This document shows, piece after piece, positions 24,164 through 33,538 of a stretch of 64,000 nt of DNA (its first letter is position 1; each line of letters opens with the position of its first letter). Location: assembly GCA_000326865.1 (NCBI GenBank), contig KB095858.1, positions 2,994,051-3,058,050 on the forward strand. The letters run 5' to 3'. The notes beneath the pieces were generated by a model. It did no database searches. It had not been told where the DNA came from and saw only the letters and a list, made by a program, of their open reading frames with translations. This DNA is from Helobdella robusta. Its lineage: Eukaryota. The translations under genes were made by a program, and so were the position numbers.

Positions 24164-24340
24164 GTATTTAAGGTTGAGATACTCAATATATCAAATATTT
24201 AGATACTTTTTAAGTTTTGCACGTGTTGAAAACTACCTTAAACCAATGGATTTTTTTAAAGATACTTACTTTATCAAATACTTGTTCAAATTAACCAGTT
24301 GAGGTATTTTTAAAGTGATTTTTTAAATTTTTTGATACAG

Positions 24341-24512
24341 GATGATGAGTACGTTATCTATTCGACTAATCAGCAGATGCTTAAATATTTGGTTGAATTT
24401 AATTGGTCGACGGATGGGGTAAAGTGTAACGAGGATTTGTATCCGTGCGTCCCATTGGTCGGAAGTGAATTGAATGCTGGCGTTCATGAAGTTTCTCTCA
24501 AATTGATGGACT
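24341..24512 (+). CDS. PARP4: PARP4-like catalytic exon with the catalytic Glu (DDEYVIYSTNQQMLKYLVEFNWS...VSLKLMD)
   Basis: Matches human DDEFVVYKTNQVKMKYIIKFS. A GTAAGA donor is followed by intronic (GATGATGAC)n. Confidence 0.75.
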
Positions 24513-24517
24513 GTAAG

Positions 24518-24590
24518 ATGATGATGACGATGATGATGACGATGATGATGACGATGATGATGACGATGATGATGACGATGATGATGATTT
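24518..24590. repeat. (GATGATGAC)n 9-bp repeat, about 8 units, intronic
   Basis: direct read. Confidence 0.9.
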
Positions 24591-24711
24591 TATTGATTTA
24601 TATTCACTCTTTGGTTTTTATGTATCAATGTTTTTTATTAAATTCATTCTCAAATTACGGACATTTATCTGGCAAAATCCTAAATTATTAATATTTTTCT
24701 ATCGCTACCAG

Positions 24712-24848
24712 TAGCAAGTGATGACGTAGCAAAAATGGCTGACCCTTTGACGAAAGTGAAGGCCGGTCTGTTGACGTCATCGGGAGAGGAGAGCGTGCCA
24801 ATGAAGTCTGTTGACGTGTTTGTCAAGATGGTTGATTTGGTAGCCGAG
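24712..24848 (+). CDS. PARP4: PARP4-like VIT exon a (..ADPLTKVKAGLLTSSGEESVPMKSVDVFVKMVDLVAE)
   Basis: Matches human VPLEDVHIKGRIIDTVAQV. Phase 1 entry is consistent. Confidence 0.65.
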
Positions 24849-25020
24849 GTTGGTCTAGTTATTTACTTTTTTGTAATTATTTCATGTGTTAGGAGGAGAT
24901 CTCCTTGCATTCGTACCCGGGAATGGCAACTGCAGTGCCAAGTACCTTAATCAGTACGCTATCGCGTCATCCTTCTCTATCTTCACCTACCATCTTTTAC
25001 AAATTGAACAAAACGTAAAG

Positions 25021-25188
25021 GTTGTTATACTGCAAGAGTATTTCGAAGCAAAGAAGGCTGTCAAAGGTGTTAAAACTATGCCTGGAGAACCTACTTTCAC
25101 AGAAGTTAAGTACGTTCTACCACTGGACGACATGGCTACTGTGTGTGGATTTGAAGCTTTCATCAATGATAAGCATATAATTGCTGAA
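25021..25188 (+). CDS. PARP4: PARP4-like VIT exon b (VVILQEYFEAKKAVKGVKTMPGEPTFTEVKYVLPLDDMATVCGFEAFINDKHIIAE)
   Basis: Matches human IVFQTYTNKSHVPIEAKYIFPLDDKAAVCGFEAFINGKHIVGE. A GAA|GTAAGC donor ends it. Confidence 0.8.
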
Positions 25189-25424
25189 GTAAGCGATCGG
25201 TCGGTTGGTTTGTGGGTTGGCTAGTTGTTTGGTTGGCTAGTTGTTTGGTTGGTTGGCTAATTGGCTGGTTAATTTGTTTAAATAATGAATACTTCAATCA
25301 TCTTTTTATATTTTTCCATATTTTTTGTTGACAATGACGTCATGTTCATCATCGTCATCGTTCTCACCATCACCATAATTTTGATTATTATTTTTCATCA
25401 CAAATATTGCTACTTGGTCGTCAG

Positions 25425-25511
25425 GTGAAAGAGAAGGAAAAAGCGAGAAAAGAATACAAGGAGGCAGTCAGCAAAGGACATGGTGCGTATCTTATGGACC
25501 AAGATGAACAA
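25425..25511 (+). CDS. PARP4: PARP4-like VIT exon c (VKEKEKARKEYKEAVSKGHGAYLMDQDEQ)
   Basis: Matches human IKEKEEAQQEYLEAVTQGHGAYLMSQD. Confidence 0.8.
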
Positions 25512-25745
25512 GTACCGGTAGGTCTGTGTGATGGTGATGATGGTAGTTGTGGTGGTGGTGATGATGATAATAATGATGATGACGACGACGATGATCTTCA
25601 TAGATAAACTGGTAAAAAAAGTGATTCGACTTTGAAAGTAAATATTCTGATGGATGATTATTAAAATTGAAATAAATAAATAAATGAAATAGATTTAGTT
25701 AATATTCTTCTCCACCTACATGCATTTCTTTCCATTTATCTCCAG

Positions 25746-25913
25746 GATCTTTTCACCATAAGCATTGGCAACCTGCCTGACGATTGCAACGCCGTCATAA
25801 AGATAACATACGTAACTGAACTATCAGTAGATGCACACGGAAACATCTGTTTCAAACTTCCGGGGTGTGTTGCTCCTTGGAAACAGGACGACATGATGGG
25901 TGACCTCACTCAG
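25746..25913 (+). CDS. PARP4: PARP4-like VIT exon d (DLFTISIGNLPDDCNAVIKITYVTELSVDAHGNICFKLPGCVAPWKQDDMMGDLTQ)
   Basis: Matches human DVFTVSVGNLPPKAKVLIKITYITEL...MPATVAPWQQD. Confidence 0.8.
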
Positions 25914-26233
25914 GTTGGGTGGAATTGGTTAGGGTTAGGTTTCTTTTGTATGTACTATGAACAATTGGAAAATTCATTTTTTCTTTATTCAATTAATAAA
26001 AAAAATCAAGTTTGTCGAATTCGGCAAAATAAAAATTGAATGTTTAATTGAATGAATGGTTGTGATTGAAATGTGCTCGTCTTAAAAATATAAACATTCA
26101 AAGCGTTTAACAAATATTTAAATCTAAGCTAGTCCAATGATTTAATTTTTTAGGCTTTGGTGATTTTATTTTATGCCGGCCTAATGAGATGACGCAAATT
26201 TTGTTTGAGAAAAAATGTAAAACAAAACGGCAG

Positions 26234-26356
26234 AGAGCCACGAGAACGGATTGGGTGCATTCGGGAGATGTCACGAAAACAAACCTTCAGGTCATGGTTG
26301 AGATGCCCTCTGAGATAAGGTCAATAACGTCGCCCACTCACGTCATCAGGGTCAAG
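26234..26356 (+). CDS. PARP4: PARP4-like exon (RATRTDWVHSGDVTKTNLQVMVEMPSEIRSITSPTHVIRVK)
   Basis: Matches human QSFSLTMSIEMPYVIEFIFSDTHELKQK. Confidence 0.7.
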
Positions 26357-26694
26357 GTGGTTTGTTTGTTTTGTCAGTTGTTCGTTTTGTTGGTCAGCAT
26401 TTGTTGGCTTGTGTTAACTGGTTGTTGCTTGTCTTCTCGATTTGCATTTGAACGCCATCACTGCGGCGCGAGATCGCACGCTCTACTTGCGCGCTCTCAC
26501 AAGACAACATGTACGAAACATACCAGTATGCAATGACAACCGTGCGTGAAACATGTAAGACGATTGTCGTAACGTGCGAAGCTTGCAAGTGTTCAGAACA
26601 TGATCTGTGACGTCCACACACACACACAATTTACACCAATTTACAAGTTTCCTAAAAACTGCCATCGTAACCATCGTCGCTACGCCATCATTAG

Positions 26695-26832
26695 GAAACA
26701 GCGACAAAAGCTGTGGTGGAAACGGCACCGAACGTTCGACTGAACAGGGGATTCGAACTTGTCGTAGCACTGGCACAGATCCACGTGCCACGAATGTGGG
26801 TGGAACAACATCCAGACCAGCAGGACAGCAGG
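26695..26832 (+). CDS. PARP4: PARP4-like exon (ETATKAVVETAPNVRLNRGFELVVALAQIHVPRMWVEQHPDQQDSR)
   Basis: Matches human DCKAVISTMEGSSLDSSGFSLHIGLSAAYLPRMWVEKHPEKESEA. An AGG|GTGAGT donor ends it. Confidence 0.8.
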
Positions 26833-26917
26833 GTGAGTTAAGAGTTTGACTCTACAAATCTTACCATTTTTTTCGAAAATTTAATAAATAAAAATTATGA
26901 TTTTTTCTCTTAAATAG

Positions 26918-27040
26918 GCCTGCATGTTAACTTTCTACCCCGAGTTTGAGAGTACATCATTGGACAAATATGAGATCGTCTTCATTGTCGACCAATCACA
27001 ATCGATGGCCCATTCCAAGGCGTTCGAGACCGCCAGAATG
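26918..27040 (+). CDS. PARP4: PARP4-like vWA start with MIDAS DxSxS (ACMLTFYPEFESTSLDKYEIVFIVDQSQSMAHSKAFETARM)
   Basis: Matches human ACMLVFQPDLDV...VIICLDCSSSMEG. The upstream intron is 85 nt. Confidence 0.8.
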
Positions 27041-27177
27041 GTTGGTGTTGATGAAATGAGAATAGCGAGATAATAACTTGCATCTTGTCTGATCACATTT
27101 TTAAAGATTTCACGAATAATATTTAATATATTTTTTTCATAATTAAAAAATCTTGCAACGGAAAAAAGGAAGGAGGT

Positions 27178-27250
27178 GGTTTTTTCATTCCGTCGTTTAT
27201 TCATTCATTCAATAATTCATTTGTTCATTCATTCGTTCATTCATCAAGGT
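27178..27250 (+). repeat. Dispersed element copy 1: GGAGGTGGTTTTTTCATTCCGTCGTTTATTC followed by a (TTCA)n-like tail
   Basis: Near-identical 30-nt core to the copy at 30209. A partial ATTCCGTCGTTTG lies at about 1098. Confidence 0.6.
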
Positions 27251-27315
27251 GCTGATGATGTTTTTGAAGAGATTACCCGACAACTGTTTATTTAACATCA
27301 TTCTCTATGGAACAG
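27249..27315 (+). CDS. PARP4: PARP4-like vWA exon (VLMMFLKRLPDNCLFNIILYGT)
   Basis: Matches human QKVNIIQFGT. Confidence 0.7.
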
Positions 27316-27467
27316 GTTAATGAATATATGACAAGTAGGTTTAGGTTTATTGTTTATGAGGAGTCCGACTATAATTTTTTTAAACTCTATCAACATGCTA
27401 GTAAGTTGGGCTTATATAATTTAAGACATTGGTTATTTTTATTTTTACATTTGCCGATTGACTACAG

Positions 27468-27541
27468 ACTTTTCAAGGTTATTTGTCGCAAGCAAGCACG
27501 TAAATGAATCAACGTTAAAAGAAGCACGTGGATTTTTGGAA
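27468..27541 (+). CDS. PARP4: PARP4-like vWA exon (DFSRLFVASKHVNESTLKEARGFLE)
   Basis: Matches human GYKELFSYPKHITSNTMAAEFI. A GAA|GTGAGT donor ends it. Confidence 0.7.
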
Positions 27542-27742
27542 GTGAGTTTTTTTAAAATTTTCAAATTAATGAAAATTATTTGGTTTCGTCACGTATTCGG
27601 TTAAATAAATAATTAAGTAATTGAATAAATGGTTAATAGATGAACAATTTTTCAATTAAATTTAACATTAGTTTGTTTGATCTTTCATCTCAACAAATCA
27701 GAAACAACGACCACATTAAGAAACTAAAACAATTTCACCCAG

Positions 27743-27930
27743 AAATCAACATCACTTTTGGGAAACACAGATCTCTTCCCGATCTTGAAAAAGTATTTGA
27801 TCCTTTCATCTCCATCACTGACCAGGAATCTGCTGCTGATAAGTGATGGCTACTTGGATAGCGAAGCGGAAGTATTCCGGATTGTGAAGCAATTTCCAGA
27901 CACAACGAGATTGTTCTCTGTTGGAGTAGG
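27743..27930 (+). CDS. PARP4: PARP4-like vWA exon (KSTSLLGNTDLFPILKKYLILSSPSLTRNLLLISDGYLDSEAEVFRIVKQFPDTTRLFSVGVG)
   Basis: Matches human MGNTDFWKTLRYLSLLYPARGSRNILLVSDGHLQDESLTLQLVKRSRPHTRLFACGIG. Confidence 0.75.
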
Positions 27931-28701
27931 GTCTGTCTTTTGTAGAATGGCCAATTTTTTTATTTTAAAATCTTTGAAATTTGAGATGTTGGGACTTTGA
28001 AATTTGGGATTGGGACTTTGAAATTTGGGATTGAAACATTATGCGTAAGCATCTATTTAGCTATTAGACTTAGCTGTTAAACTCTGGTGTTACGAAACGA
28101 TACGATACAATACGATTGAAATTTGGTAAGTTGGGACTTAAAGTTTTGGATTTGGGACGTTGAAATTCTCGATGTTGATAATATCAACAATCTATGAAGT
28201 TTGCTTGCTACATGCCACCATATCCAATTTCTTGTTGGAGTTGGGTTTGTGGTTTTGTAGTTTTTCGGGTTTTAAAATCATGGTTAACGTTGAAAATAAG
28301 AATATGGGTGATCAAATAATCAATCTTTACTAAACTACAGTCATTTCGTTTGCTTGTCGCACGGCAATTATAGCCACCTTAGCTAATTCTTTTAACTTTT
28401 AAATGCTAATTTGTTAAATTAAATTTTAATTTTAAATAGTTTGAACACATCAAAAATTTTTTTTGAAATGTTTGAATTTTATTTTGATTTAAAAAATGTA
28501 AAGGAACAAATAAAAAAACAAATTAAATTGAAAGAACACAACATAACAGAACATGGCATAGCATAACATAACATAACGTAAAATAACACGATGATTTTTA
28601 TAGTGTTTCAAGGAGACTAAAAGTTTGTGACAGGACCATTCTGAAATGATGTTAAATAATTTTAGTTTACAATTTAATAAATTTTAATAAAACGCCCACA
28701 G

Positions 28702-28796
28702 AACAACAGCCAACAACTATTGTTTGAAAAACTTGGCGCGCGTCGGTCATGGAACCTATGAATATTTTGACGACCTCTTCAAGTTTAAATGGCAAG
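28702..28796 (+). CDS. PARP4: PARP4-like vWA C-terminal exon (TTANNYCLKNLARVGHGTYEYFDDLFKFKWQ)
   Basis: Matches human ANRHVLRILSQCGAGVFEYFNAKSKHSWRKQ. The donor G|GTGAAT lies at the start of a (GTGA)n array. Confidence 0.7.
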
Positions 28797-28975
28797 GTGA
28801 ATGAGTGAGTAAGTGAGTGAGTGAGCGTGTGAGTGAGTGAGTGAGTGAGCGAATGAGTGAATGAATGAGTGAGTGAGTGAGCGTGTGAGTGAGTGAGTGA
28901 GTGAGTGAGTGAGTGAGTGAGTGAGTGAGTGAGTGAGTGAGTGAGTGAGTGAGTGAGTGAGTGAGTGAGTTGGTT
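28797..28975. repeat. (GTGA)n microsatellite, about 45 units, beginning exactly at the splice donor
   Basis: direct read: gtgaatgagtgagtaagtgagtgagtgag... Confidence 0.95.
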
Positions 28976-29008
28976 AGTCACAACACCATAATCGTTATAA
29001 TATATATA

Positions 29009-29066
29009 TATGATTGGCGAGTTAGCTCAGTCGGTAGAAGTGGCCTGGTTCGAGTCTGTCCGACAC
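29009..29066 (+). other. tRNA-derived fragment: acceptor 5' half plus D-arm (GGCGAGTTAGCTCAGTCGGTAGAAG) joined directly to a T-arm-like GGTTCGAGTC, with the anticodon arm missing; intronic
   Basis: Direct read of tRNA consensus elements. There is no intact cloverleaf, so it is most likely a tRNA pseudogene or SINE head. Confidence 0.4.
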
Positions 29067-29191
29067 TCAAAAAGTATCATTCGCCGTGCTCTTATGATGC
29101 GGTGTTTGCGCGGGCATGCATAATGCGCATGTACCGCCAATGATGTACCACAGTAACTGATAATAATATTTTCGTAATTTTCAACTTGCAG

Positions 29192-29364
29192 CTAAAGTAA
29201 ACAGTCACCTGGAAAAATTCATCCAGCCAGCATTATCCGACATATCGATTGAATGGCAGAACTTCAACGACGTGGTCGACATCGTACAGGCTCCAGCCAT
29301 GTTTAGCGCCCTCTTCAATAACTCCAGGCTCGTTGTCTATGGTTTCGCTCCTGACTGTACAATG
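29192..29364 (+). CDS. PARP4: PARP4-like exon (AKVNSHLEKFIQPALSDISIEWQNFNDVVDIVQAPAMFSALFNNSRLVVYGFAPDCTM)
   Basis: Matches human CHSVSVKWQQLNPDVPEALQAPAQVPSLFLNDRLLVYGFIPHCTQ. Confidence 0.8.
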
Positions 29365-29369
29365 GTTCG

Positions 29370-29620
29370 TGTCTTTGTTCATTCCATTCACTGACTGATT
29401 GGCCAGTTGGTTGATTGAGTGATTGATTCATTGGCTGATTGACTGACTGATTGATTGATTGATTAGCTAATAGATTAGTTGACTGGCTGGTTAGTTGGTT
29501 GATTGATTGATTCATACATTGGTTGATGATTGATGAATTAATTCATTTATTGGTTGGTGATTGATTGATTGATTATCCGCTAAATTGATTGATTAGTTGA
29601 TTGATTGGTTGATTATGTCC
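29370..29620. repeat. (TGATTGAT/TGGTTGAT)n compound tetranucleotide array, about 250 bp, intronic
   Basis: direct read. Confidence 0.9.
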
Positions 29621-29624
29621 TCAG

Positions 29625-29705
29625 GCAAAACTGAGAGCTAAAGTTAAGGGTCGAGAGATATCAACGATCGTATCAACGTCCGAACTAAGCATTACAACAG
29701 GACAT
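29625..29705 (+). CDS. PARP4: PARP4-like exon (AKLRAKVKGREISTIVSTSELSITTGH)
   Basis: Matches human ATLCALIQEKEFRTMVSTTELQKTTGT. Confidence 0.75.
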
Positions 29706-29898
29706 GTTTGTTCTCATCGTTGTTATCATTATTATCACCATTTTCACTTTTAATGTTATTTTTCACCATAATAATTATTTTCATCATCATTATGTTGTAC
29801 AACGACAGCAAAACACCACAAAAAACAACACAAGCAAACAAACGAACGAACAAACAAAACTCGTACACGCACACACGCACGCACGCACACATTTCAAG

Positions 29899-29979
29899 GT
29901 GATACACAGATTGGCAGCGAGATCAATCATACAAGACTGGTCTTGCGGAACACTTTCAATGAATCAACTAGAAGATGAA
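29899..29979 (+). CDS. PARP4: PARP4-like exon (VIHRLAARSIIQDWSCGTLSMNQLEDE)
   Basis: Matches human MIHKLAARALIRDYEDGILHENETSHE. A GAA|GTCAGT donor ends it. Confidence 0.8.
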
Positions 29980-30110
29980 GTCAGTCGTCGTATTAATAAA
30001 AATGTTTAATTAATTATTACATTCAATCGTTCGTTCATTCATTAATTCATTCATTCGTTCGTGCGTTCGTTCATTCTTCGTTCGATCATTCATTCAAATG
30101 TTGGATGTAG

Positions 30111-30212
30111 GTGATTAAAAGATTAAGAATGAAGTACATTATAAATCTGAGCATTCAACACTCCATCATCACTCAGTACACGAGTTTCATTGCTGTCGAG
30201 GAAAGAAAGGAG
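30111..30212 (+). CDS. PARP4: PARP4-like exon (VIKRLRMKYIINLSIQHSIITQYTSFIAVEERKE)
   Basis: Matches human MKKQTLKSLIIKLSKENSLITQFTSFVAVEKRDE. Confidence 0.8.
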
Positions 30213-30300
30213 GTGGTTTTTCATTCCGTCGTTCATTCTTTCATTCATTCATTCACTCGTTCATTCATTCATTCATTCACCTATTCGTTTTTTCATTCCA
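30209..30300 (+). repeat. Dispersed element copy 2: GGAGGTGGTTTTTCATTCCGTCGTTCATTC plus a (TTCA)n tail; abuts the exon donor at 30212
   Basis: direct read. Confidence 0.6.
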
Positions 30301-30551
30301 TTTTCCTAACTCCAATACGAACAACGACGAACAAAACAGAATGAACAGTTCCATACTATTGATAAAGGCAAAATTGTGAAAGATTGCGTTGTGGACCAAC
30401 TGCCTTATATGGACTGGAGACCAACCATTTGCAGAGTATGTATGTAGTTGTTTGGCTTGCCGAACAATTTTTTATTTTCATTTTTAAATTCAATTAATTA
30501 TATTAACTTAAAATTAATTTTTTATTTTTATTCTAAAAATAAACTTTCAAG

Positions 30552-30795
30552 GTCAAACTTCTCACTCACGACGGTCAGAGCACGTACGCAGACATCAAAG
30601 AATCCAGTACTTTAAAGGACCTGATATCCATGATACCAACAATCATCACGTCATCTTCCACCGACAACTTCGTCCTCTGGACTCTGACCGATGCCATTTT
30701 CCTGAATGTTGCTGACATGGAGATGAACGTTTGGGATTTATATGGCAGTCTGGTGGATGGAGTTCTCTGCCTGCCAACTTCGATCAATATCACAG
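30552..30795 (+). CDS. PARP4: PARP4-like exon (VKLLTHDGQSTYADIKESSTLKDLISMIPT...LCLPTSINIT)
   Basis: Open frame bounded by a tttcaag acceptor and a CAG|GTAGTT donor; phase-consistent. Confidence 0.6.
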
Positions 30796-30899
30796 GTAGT
30801 TATAATTTTCATGGCGGAAGGATAGGCTCGTAAAATATTCTCCCTACAATGGATTGAATTGATGTTCGTAATATTTTCAGTGTATTCTATCACCAACAG

Positions 30900-31895
30900 A
30901 TGAGAAATCCATCCTAAGTAATGCAGACTTCAGAAAAGAGCAAGTGCGACTGCTACTTTCGAGCATTGATACTATCAGTCGTGGGGTCTTCGAAAAGATA
31001 TTCGATCACATCCCTATGAAGTTGGAAACATTACACAAGTCTACCGAGGCTTGTTTGGAAGGTGGACAGCACGAAGCCGTTGGTTTCGCTTATGTTGATG
31101 ATGATTTTTCGTTCAGAAATCTCAGCAAGAATGTTGAGCTCCAAGATGACGAAGATATGCCTCTGCACGAATCAGAAGAAGAAAACGAAACTGGTTTTAT
31201 TTCACCATTAATTATTACAAATGGACCATTCCAACAAACACACGCACCACCCCCTTTGTCATACGCACCCCATCCTTCACTGCACGCACCCCCTCATCTA
31301 CTATTTGGACAACCTCCATCACTTGCACCTCTTCTACCTTCCCAGAAAGCACTTGCACTTCAGAAAGTATTTCATCAGGTGAAGCTTCAAAAAGATTCTG
31401 CTTCAGAGCCATCATCACTAAAGTTAAAATTTCCACCACACCCATTGGCCACACCAGCACCACCCCAACCCCCACCCCCACCGCAACAAGCAGCAGCACT
31501 GACAGGCCGTTCCATGCCAACTTATTCTGAAATGTCTGCAATAAGTTCTGACCAATCAACTGTTGCAGCATCCTTTCTTGAGTCACTGCCTGATTCGTCA
31601 TCGTTGAGGTTTAGAACTGCTAAGGTACAACAACTACAGAAGCCGCCACTATTACAACCACCACCACCACCACCGCTACCATTACCGCAACAGAACGCTC
31701 TAGTAGAGGAAACAAAACTGAGAAGAAAACAAGCTCTTCCACTTAAAAGCGATTTGCCGCTGCCACCATCTCCACTGCCAAGAAACTCACTTCTAACGAA
31801 TTTACTTGAATCTGCCTGTGCAAAGGAATTTGAATTGTCACCCCCAGTAATGCTTGGAAGGAAGAAGACAACAGTAGAAAGTAGTTGTTTTGTTG
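30900..31895 (+). CDS. PARP4: PARP4-like large Pro-rich low-complexity exon (DEKSILSNADFRKEQVRLLLSSIDTIS...PPPLSYAPHPSLHAPPHLL...PPPPPPLPLPQQ...ESSCFVG)
   Basis: ORF 30944-31975. A GTATGT donor ends it. Parallels the Pro-rich linker of human PARP4. Confidence 0.65.
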
Positions 31896-32060
31896 GTATG
31901 TTTGTTGTGCTGTGTTCGTGTTATTGGCTGCCGGTTTGGGATGTTATTTGTTGTTGGTTGTTGTGTGTTTGCTGAGTTGTTCAACATTCTTTAAATTTGG
32001 TGATGAGCATTGATGAAAAAGGTAAACAAATTTTATATATTTTTTAATATTTTTATATAG

Positions 32061-32269
32061 CTTCTAAAAGTTTGCGGTTGTTGGAACCGGAGCAGCTGCA
32101 GTTACAACAACAGCAGCAACAACAACAAAAACAACAGCTGCAGCAGCTGATTCAGCGACAAACTGTTCATGAATATAGGCCATTTGAAAAAAAACCTAAA
32201 GATGACCATCGCTTTCGTCGGCCTAAGTCTGATGATAAGAGAATATTTAATGAGATATTTCTGAGAAAG
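32061..32269 (+). CDS. PARP4: PARP4-like exon with poly-Q (ASKSLRLLEPEQLQLQQQQQQQQKQQLQQLIQRQTVHEYRPFEKKPKDDHRFRRPKSDDKRIFNEIFLRK)
   Basis: ORF 32072-32299 with phase 1 entry. An AAG|GTTTTT donor ends it. Confidence 0.55.
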
Positions 32270-32436
32270 GTTTTTTTTATTACTTCTAATAACATTTAAA
32301 AAAAATATTAATTATAACTCAGTTGAATTTTACATGAATGTTATTTCACCGAAAATTGAAATTCAATTCACTAGGATTCATAAACTTGAAAATGATTTTT
32401 TATTAAACTTAAAAAAATCATCGAAAATTTTTAAAG

Positions 32437-32850
32437 GCGGTTTATAACGATTACGATTACGAAGACGACGGTGACGGTAATAGTAGAGCTGATATTGTGG
32501 AGTCATGTTGTTCAAGCAAAGCACCGGATCTGTCACGTAGTAGTTCCTCACGTAGTAGTTCCTTCAAAGTCTGTGTAGCCGATGCAGCTTTTAAGGACGG
32601 CGGTTGGAGGAGCTTTTACGGAAAAAGAAAAAAATATAAATTGAAAAGGAATATTGCAGCGGATATAGCGAGTGAGAAAGATGAAAGTTCTTGTGACGAT
32701 TCGCTGTCGTCCATGGTGGACATGTTTGAAGAAGGTCAGCTGGAAAACCAACTTGAAGAAGATGATGGAGATGAAGAAGATCGTGCAACTATTAACAACG
32801 TGAAAACTTTTGTGAAAGAGTTGGACAAATTGTTGGCTCTAGCAATTGAG
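32437..32850 (+). CDS. PARP4: PARP4-like C-terminal-region exon (AVYNDYDYEDDGDGNSRADIVESCCSSKAPDLSRSSSSRSSSFKVC...VKELDKLLALAIE)
   Basis: ORF 32497-32940. A GAG|GTTTTG donor ends it. Confidence 0.55.
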
Positions 32851-33070
32851 GTTTTGGATTTATGTGCTTGTGTGTTGTCAAAAATTTTGTTAATTTTTGA
32901 TTTGTGTGTGTGTGTGCGGCCTTGTCAAAAATTGTGTTAATAGTTACTTTTTCCCTGTTGTAACTTTTCTGAGATGTAGTTAAATATTTGTTTGATACAC
33001 TCCAAACTTTGCAACAAATTGCTCTCAGTAGCCTACAGCTATTCAATTGCGAATAAATTTCTTCGAACAG

Positions 33071-33182
33071 GATGGCCAGGAAGTAGCTTATTGGGAGCCA
33101 AACGAGGAAGTGGAATCCCTGCTGAGATGTAAAGTGAAAGTCGACATCGGAGATATTTGTAAAAATTTTCCTGGAGTTTACG
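33071..33182 (+). CDS. PARP4: PARP4-like exon (DGQEVAYWEPNEEVESLLRCKVKVDIGDICKNFPGVY)
   Basis: Bounded by a cgaacag acceptor and a G|GTTTGT donor. Confidence 0.55.
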
Positions 33183-33278
33183 GTTTGTGCTAATAATAAA
33201 AAATATTTGTTTGATCTAAAACTTAGTAAAACAACAATTAATTCCCTTAACTATCTTCAATATATTCTGTCCAAGCAG

Positions 33279-33538
33279 GCGCAGATGATTTCCAACGTAT
33301 CAACCGTTTCTACGTCCTGCACCTTGCAGTTTGCCATGCCATCCGCACGATGAAACGTCTCCAGTTGAACTTCTCCAAACTGGCCTCTTACATTTGGGAC
33401 TATCTGCCATACAAGAAGGCCGTTCTTATCTGCAAACTCGTCTATTACTTCATGACGATTCGGAAAATGTATCCAAAAATTGCTGATGGATGGAGTAATG
33501 ATTTTGGAGATGAAGACATGAACAAGTTTAGTGGATGA
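33279..33538 (+). CDS. PARP4: PARP4-like terminal exon (GADDFQRINRFYVLHLAVCHAIRTMKRLQLNFSKLASYIWDYLPYKKAVLICKLVYYFMTIRKMYPKIADGWSNDFGDEDMNKFSG*)
   Basis: Stop TGA at 33536-33538. AATAAT-type signals lie downstream. Confidence 0.6.

Larger units (their letters stand above)
20464..33538 (+). other. PARP4: Gene span: PARP4 / vault poly(ADP-ribose) polymerase orthologue (BRCT + PARP regulatory and catalytic + VIT + vWA + Pro-rich linker + C-terminal region), more than 32 exons
   Basis: Domain order and many motif-level matches to human PARP4 (recalled from memory), with phase-consistent splicing across 13 kb. Confidence 0.85.
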
